Below are positions 58,175 to 64,000 of a DNA stretch of 64,000 bases, piece after piece. The position numbers and the translations under genes were made by a program. The notes under the pieces were generated by a model. That model worked only from the letters and a program-made list of their open reading frames with translations. It was not told the DNA's origin and did not search any database. Source of the DNA: an uncultured Acidobacteriota bacterium. Lineage in GTDB: Bacteria > Acidobacteriota > Thermoanaerobaculia > UBA5066. The stretch is taken from contig CAVZYA010000002.1 of assembly GCA_963779415.1 (NCBI GenBank), positions 192,001 to 256,000 of the forward strand. The letters are read 5' to 3'. Positions within the stretch are counted from its first letter, which is position 1. The number at the start of each line of letters is the position of its first letter.

Positions 58175-60049
58175 ATGACGAGGCACGACATCCTCGAGAA
58201 GCTCCGGGAGAGCGTCCTTCTCGCCGACGGCGCCGTGGGGACGCTGCTCGTCTCGCGCGGCGCGCCGCCGGACGGGCCCCGCTCCCCGCTCTGCGTCTCA
58301 GCGCCGGACCTTGTCCGCGAAGTTCACGAAGACTACGTCGCGGCCGGCGCGCAGATCCTGACGACGAACACATGGGACGCGAACCGGGCGAAGCTCGCGA
58401 AGTTCGACTGGGCGGACTCCCTCGAGAAGATCAACCGCGAGGGCGTCCGCCTCGCGCGCGCGGCCGCCGAAGGGGAGTACGTCCTCGTGTCGGGGGACAT
58501 GGGGCCTCTCGGGCAGCTCGTGAAGCCTTACGGGCCGCTCACGAAAGGGCAGATCCGGGAGATCTTCACCGAGCAGGCCCGGATCCTCCTCGAGGAAGGA
58601 GTCGACCTGATCGGCCTCGAGACGTTCTCCTCGGAGCTCGAGATCCTCGAGGCGATCCGCGCCGTCCGATCGCTCTCGGACGGGATCCCGATTCTCGCGT
58701 CGCTCACCTTCCTCGCCGACGGAAAGACGAGCTTCGGCGACGAAGCCGCCCGGGCGCTCCACGCCGCTGCCGAGGCGGGCGCGGACATCGTCGGGATGAA
58801 CTGCACGATCGGCCCGCAGGAGTCTCTCGACATCTTCATCCGCGTCGCGGGAACGCTCCCCGTCCCCGTCTCCGTGATGCCGAACGCCGGCTACCCGTGG
58901 ACCGTCTCCGGGCGGACGGTCTACCCCGCCACGCCCGACTATTTCCGCGAGGTGGCCCGCGACTTCGTCAAGACGGGGGCTGCCATTCTCGGCGGCTGCT
59001 GCGGCACCGGGCCCGAGCACATCGCGGCGATGGCGCGCGAGGTCGTCGGGAAGAAGCGGTTCGTCGCCGTCCCGTACCGGGCCGCCGTCGAGGTGGAGCG
59101 GATCTCGCGCCCCGCGGAGGCCCCGCTCGAGACCTCGGCGCTGAAACGGAAGCTCGCCGACCCGGCCTCCTTCGTCGTGACGGCGGAGGTCGAGCCGCCG
59201 AAGGGGACGGACGTCTCCTCGGCGGTGGAAGGAGCGCGCCGGCTGAAGGCGCTCGGCGTCGACGGCGTCAACGTCACCGACAACCCGATGGCGCGTCTCC
59301 GGATGTCCTCGATCGCCGTGGCGCACCTCGTGAAGACGGAGACCGGGGCCGAAACGATCTTTCACGTCTCCCCGCGCGACCGGAACGTTCTCGGGATCCA
59401 GTCGGACCTCCTCGGCGCGGCCGGGCTCGGAATCAAGGCGCTCCTCGTCGTCGGCGGCGATCCGCTCAAGATCGGCGACTACCCGCAGGCGAAGCCCGTC
59501 GGCGAGGTCGACACGTTCGGCCTCCTCCGGATCGTCAAGGGGCTGAACGCGGGAGTCGACCTCGCCGGAGGCGCGATCGGGACCTCCACCTCCTTCGCGA
59601 TCGCCTGCGCGGCGAACCCGGCCGCCCCGAACCTCGATGCCGAGATCGCGAAGCTCTCGGCGAAGATCGAGGCGGGCGCCACCTTCGCCCAGACGCAGCC
59701 CGTCTACGACGTCGAGGCCCTCGACCGCTTTTTCGCGCGGCAGGAGTCGCGCGCGATCCCGATCCTGGTCGGTCTCATCCCCCCGAAGAGCCTCAAGCAG
59801 GCCCTCTACTTCGCGAACGAGGTTCCGGGGATGGTCGTCCCTCCCGCCATCCTCGACCGGATGCGGAAGGCGGCGGAGAAGGGGCCCGAGTTCGAGGTCG
59901 AAGAAGGGCTCTCGATCGCCGTGGAGCTCGCCCGTGTCATCCGCGCACGGGCGCGCGGCGTCCACATCATGCCGATGGCGCGGTATGACTCCGTCGCGCG
60001 GATTCTCGACGCCCTCGGCCTCGGCGCACCGAAGCCGGGGGCGGCATGA
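58175..60049 (+). CDS. yitJ: Bifunctional homocysteine S-methyltransferase / methylenetetrahydrofolate reductase
   Basis: [23 protein letters not shown]; then [29 protein letters not shown]. Confidence 0.92.
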   Translation: MTRHDILEKLRESVLLADGAVGTLLVSRGAPPDGPRSPLCVSAPDLVREVHEDYVAAGAQILTTNTWDANRAKLAKFDWADSLEKINREGVRLARAAAEGEYVLVSGDMGPLGQLVKPYGPLTKGQIREIFTEQARILLEEGVDLIGLETFSSELEILEAIRAVRSLSDGIPILASLTFLADGKTSFGDEAARALHAAAEAGADIVGMNCTIGPQESLDIFIRVAGTLPVPVSVMPNAGYPWTVSGRTVYPATPDYFREVARDFVKTGAAILGGCCGTGPEHIAAMAREVVGKKRFVAVPYRAAVEVERISRPAEAPLETSALKRKLADPASFVVTAEVEPPKGTDVSSAVEGARRLKALGVDGVNVTDNPMARLRMSSIAVAHLVKTETGAETIFHVSPRDRNVLGIQSDLLGAAGLGIKALLVVGGDPLKIGDYPQAKPVGEVDTFGLLRIVKGLNAGVDLAGGAIGTSTSFAIACAANPAAPNLDAEIAKLSAKIEAGATFAQTQPVYDVEALDRFFARQESRAIPILVGLIPPKSLKQALYFANEVPGMVVPPAILDRMRKAAEKGPEFEVEEGLSIAVELARVIRARARGVHIMPMARYDSVARILDALGLGAPKPGAA

Positions 60050-63000
60050 GCGCGGAGGCGCGCCTCCGACGGCTCCTCGGGGAGCGTCTCCTCGTCCTCG
60101 ACGGGGCGATGGGGACGATGGTCCAGGGGCACGGCCTCACCGAGGCCGACTTCCGCGGCACGCGCTTCGCGGGTCACCCGAAGGACCTGAAGGGGGCGAA
60201 CGACCTCCTCGTCCTGACGAAGCCCGACGTGATCGAGGGGATCCACCGCGACTACCTCGAGGCCGGGGCCGACATCGTCGAGACCTGCTCCTTCAACGCG
60301 AACGGCATCTCGATGGCCGACTACGGCCTCGTCCCGATCGTCTACGAGTTGAACGTCGCCGCGGCGGCCGTCGCACGGAAGGCCGTCGATTCCTTCCTCG
60401 GGGCGCATCCCGGGCGGGAGGCCTTCGTCGCGGGTTCGGTGGGGCCGACGAACCGGACCGCCTCGCTCGCGATCGACGTGGCGAACCCCCGAAAGCGCGA
60501 GACGCGCTTCGACGACTTCGTCGCGGCTTACCAAGAGCAGGTGCGCGGCCTTCTCGACGGCGGGGTGGACGTTCTCCTCGTCGAGACGGTCTTCGACACC
60601 CTCGTCGCGAAGGCGGCCCTTTACGCCATCGAAGAGCTCTTCGAGGCGCGCGAGGCGCGCCTCCCGATGATGCTCTCCGTCACGATCACCGACAGGAGCG
60701 GCCGCACGCTTTCGGGCCAGATGGTCGAGGCCTTCTGGAACTCCGTCTCGCACCTCCCGCTCCTCTCGGTCGGGATCAACTGCGCTCTCGGCGCCAGGGA
60801 GATGCGCCCCTACCTCGAGGAGCTTTCCGCCATCGCCCCCGTCTTCGTCTCGGCCTATCCGAACGCCGGCCTCCCGAATGCGTTCGGGGGATTCGACGAG
60901 ACCCCCGCGATGATGGCCGCGGATCTCCGTGGCTTCGCCGAGGAGGGGTGGGTCAACGTCGTCGGCGGCTGCTGCGGGACGACCCCCGCCCACATCCGCG
61001 CGATCGCCGAGGCCGTCGCCGGCCTTCCGCCGAGGAAGATCCCGTGCGTCACCCCGACGCTCCGCCTCTCCGGCCTCGAGCCCTTCACGATCCGCCCCGA
61101 CTCGAACTTCACGATGGTCGGCGAGCGGACGAACGTCACAGGCTCGCCGAAATTCGCGAAGTTGATCGTGGCGGGCGATTACGAGGGGGCCCTCGCCGTC
61201 GCCCGCCAGCAGGCCGAGGGAGGCGCGAACCTCCTCGACGTCAACATGGACGAAGGGATGCTCGACGCTCCCGCCGCGATGACGGAGTTCCTGAACCTCC
61301 TCTCGGCCGAGCCGGACATCGCGAAGCTGCCGGTCATGATCGACAGCTCGAAATGGGAGGTCCTCGAAGCGGGGTTGAAGTGTCTTCAGGGAAAGGGGGT
61401 CGTCAACTCGATTTCCCTGAAGGAAGGCGAAGCGGCATTCCTCGATCACGCCCGGCAGATCCGCCGGTACGGGGCGGCGATCGTCGTCATGGCGTTCGAC
61501 GAGGAGGGACAGGCCACGACCGCCGAGCGGAAGGTCGCGATCGCCCGGCGGGCCTACCGCCTCCTGACGGAGACGGCGGGCTTCCCGCCGGAGGACCTCA
61601 TCTTCGATCCGAACGTCCTGACCGTCGGGACCGGGATCGAGGAGCATGCCGGTTATGGTCTCGCCTTCCTCGAGGCAATCCGCAGGATCAAGGCGGAGCT
61701 GCCGCATGTCAGGACGAGCGGCGGCATCTCGAACGTCTCGTTCTCGTTCCGCGGCAACAACGTCGTCCGCGAGGCGATGCACTCGGCCTTTCTCTACCAC
61801 GCCATCCGCGCGGGCCTCGACATGGGAATCGTCAACGCCGGCCAGCTCGCCGTCTACGAGGAGATCCCGAAGGAGCTTCTCGAGCGGGTCGAGGACGTCC
61901 TCCTCGACCGGCGCCCTGACGCGACGGAGCGGCTCGTCGCCTTCGCGGAGACGGTGCAGCGCGGGGAGAAGGCTGTCGTCAAGGCCGACGCCTGGCGGAG
62001 CCTCCCCGTCGAGGAGCGCCTTGCCCACGCCCTCGTCCACGGCGTCGTCGACCACGTGGAGGCGGACACGGAGGAAGCGCGAAATAAGTACAGCCGCCCG
62101 CTCGCCGTCATCGAGGGGCCCCTCATGGCCGGGATGAACGTCGTCGGCGACCTCTTCGGCTCGGGGAAGATGTTCCTTCCGCAGGTCGTCAAGAGCGCCC
62201 GCGTCATGAAGCGGGCCGTGGCGTACCTCCAGCCTTTCCTCGAGGCCGAGAAGACGGCCGGCGAGGCGAGGACTCAGGGGAAGGTCCTCCTCGCGACCGT
62301 CAAGGGGGACGTCCACGACATCGGGAAGAACATCGTCGGCGTCGTCCTCGCCTGCAACAACTACGCGGTCGTGGACCTCGGCGTCATGGTCCCGGCGGAC
62401 CGGATCCTCGCGGCCATCCGGAAGGAGAGACCCGACGTCGTCGGACTCTCGGGGCTCATCACCCCCTCCCTCGACGAGATGGTCCACGTCGGCCGCGAGA
62501 TGGAGCGCGCGCGGGTCGGCGTTCCGCTTCTGATCGGCGGGGCGACGACGAGCCCCCTCCACACGGCCGTGAAGATCGCGCCGACCTACTCCGGAGCGGT
62601 CGTCCACGTCCTCGACGCCTCGCGGGCCGCGGGCGTCGTCTCGAGTCTTCTTTCGGAGGAGCAGAGGGCCGGCTTCGCCGCCGAGAACCGCGGAAGACAG
62701 GAGACTTTCCGGCGCGGCCACGAAGCGAAGTCGGCGCGGCCGCTCCTCTCCCTCGCCGAAGCCCGGGCGAAAGGGCCGCGATTCGACTGGGAAAGAGCCG
62801 ACATCCCCGTCCCGGCCTTCACGGGCGTCCGCACGATCGAAGACGAGCCGCTCACGGGCCTTCTCCCCTTCATCGACTGGTCCCCTTTCTTCCACGCGTG
62901 GGAGCTTCGGGGCCGCTACCCGCAGATCCTCGACGATCCGGAGGTCGGGCCGAAGGCGAAGGAGCTCTTCGACGACGCCCGGCGCCTCCTCGACGAGATC

Positions 63001-63757
63001 GTCGAAAAGAAGACTCCTTCGGGCTCGCGGCGTCTGGGGCTTCTTCCCGGCGAACACGGTCGGCGACGACGTCGAGCTTTTCACCGACGCCGCGCGGTCC
63101 CACCTCCTCGCGACCTTCTCCATGCTCCGGCAGCAGGCCCCGCGGAGCGACGGTCTCCCGCAGCTTTCCCTCGCCGACTTCGTCGCACCCCGCGCGAGCG
63201 GCCGGGCCGATCATCTCGGCGCCTTCGCCGTCACGGCGGGGCACGGGGCCGACGAGCTGGCGACGCGCTTCGCGTCGGCGCACGACGACTACGACGCCAT
63301 CATGGTCAAGGCGCTCGCCGACCGTCTCGCAGAAGCCTTCGCCGAGAAGCTCCACAAGGAAGCCCGCGACGCGTGGGGCTACGGGAAGGGGGAGTCGCTC
63401 GGGGCGGACGACCTCCTCCGCGAGCGGTACCGGGGGATCCGCCCGGCAGCGGGCTACCCCGCCTGTCCCGACCACACCGAGAAGCGGACGCTCTTCTCAA
63501 TCCTTTCGGCCACGGAGAAGGCCGGCATCACCCTCACCGAGAACTTCGCGATGCACCCGGCGGCTTCCGTGAGCGGCCTCTACTTCTCACATACCGAAGC
63601 CAAGTACTTCGCCGTCGGGCGAATCGGAAAGGACCAGGTGGAGGAGTACGCCCGCCGGAAGGGGATGAGCCTCGCCGAAGCCGAGCGCTGGCTCGCGCCG
63701 AACCTCGGGTACGAGCCCGGCGCTTCCGCCCTTTCTTCCCGCGCCGACGCGGCGTAG
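60046..63757 (+). CDS. metH: Cobalamin-dependent methionine synthase; frameshift ~63011
   Basis: [35 protein letters not shown]; reactivation domain ([17 protein letters not shown]) in ORF 63122..63757. Confidence 0.96.
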
Positions 63758-63851
63758 ACGACCCCGCGGAGCCTCATCGGTTCCCTTGCCCCACCGCCTT
63801 GGGGGGGCGGATACTTCAATGAGCTCTGAGACGAGGCGGGGAGCGGTCGGA

Positions 63852-64000
63852 ATGATCGGGACGACCCTGCTCCACTACCGGATCGTCGGCTCGCTCGGCC
63901 GTGGCGGGATGGGGGAAGTTTACGAGGCCGAGGACACACGGCTCGGTCGCCACGTTGCGCTGAAAGTACTGCCGGCTTCGTTCGCTTCGGACGCCGACCG
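63852..64000 (+). CDS. Ser/Thr protein kinase, N-terminus only (runs off the right edge)
   Basis: [41 protein letters not shown]. Confidence 0.9.
   Translation, partial: MIGTTLLHYRIVGSLGRGGMGEVYEAEDTRLGRHVALKVLPASFASDAD

Overview
GC-rich bacterial window whose gene content (three TPR-type Ser/Thr kinases, an atypical Hfq, a YitJ-MetH pair) suggests Acidobacteriota, possibly Thermoanaerobaculia-like; this is inference. The left ~28 kb, ending at the 3' end of tRNA-Arg(TCT), is accessory. It holds an alpha/beta hydrolase, a B12/radical-SAM protein with a STAS-like tail, two kinases, several gene remnants, and three large secreted proteins. These three share an unnamed, tandemly doubled ~235-aa module, N-terminal in two genes (near-identical DNA) and C-terminal in the third. 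The module is fused to different glycan-active cargos (DUF4185-like propeller; Asp-box propeller; GH-A + sulfatase + PKD), next to an LtaS-like enzyme and an arylsulfotransferase. This cluster is the best candidate for an undescribed system. The right ~36 kb is mostly core: MacAB-like exporter without ATPase, two tRNA-Ser, MscS, serS, a glycosyltransferase operon, M20 peptidase, Hfq-like plus PSP1/RicT, pgi, purD, yitJ and metH. About a dozen single-base frameshifts, including in purD and metH, most likely reflect long-read errors. Other signals are many apparent leaderless genes (TANNNT-like hexamer 6-7 nt before the start) and a structured, terminator-containing leader before yitJ-metH. No CRISPR array, rRNA, integrase or transposase was seen.
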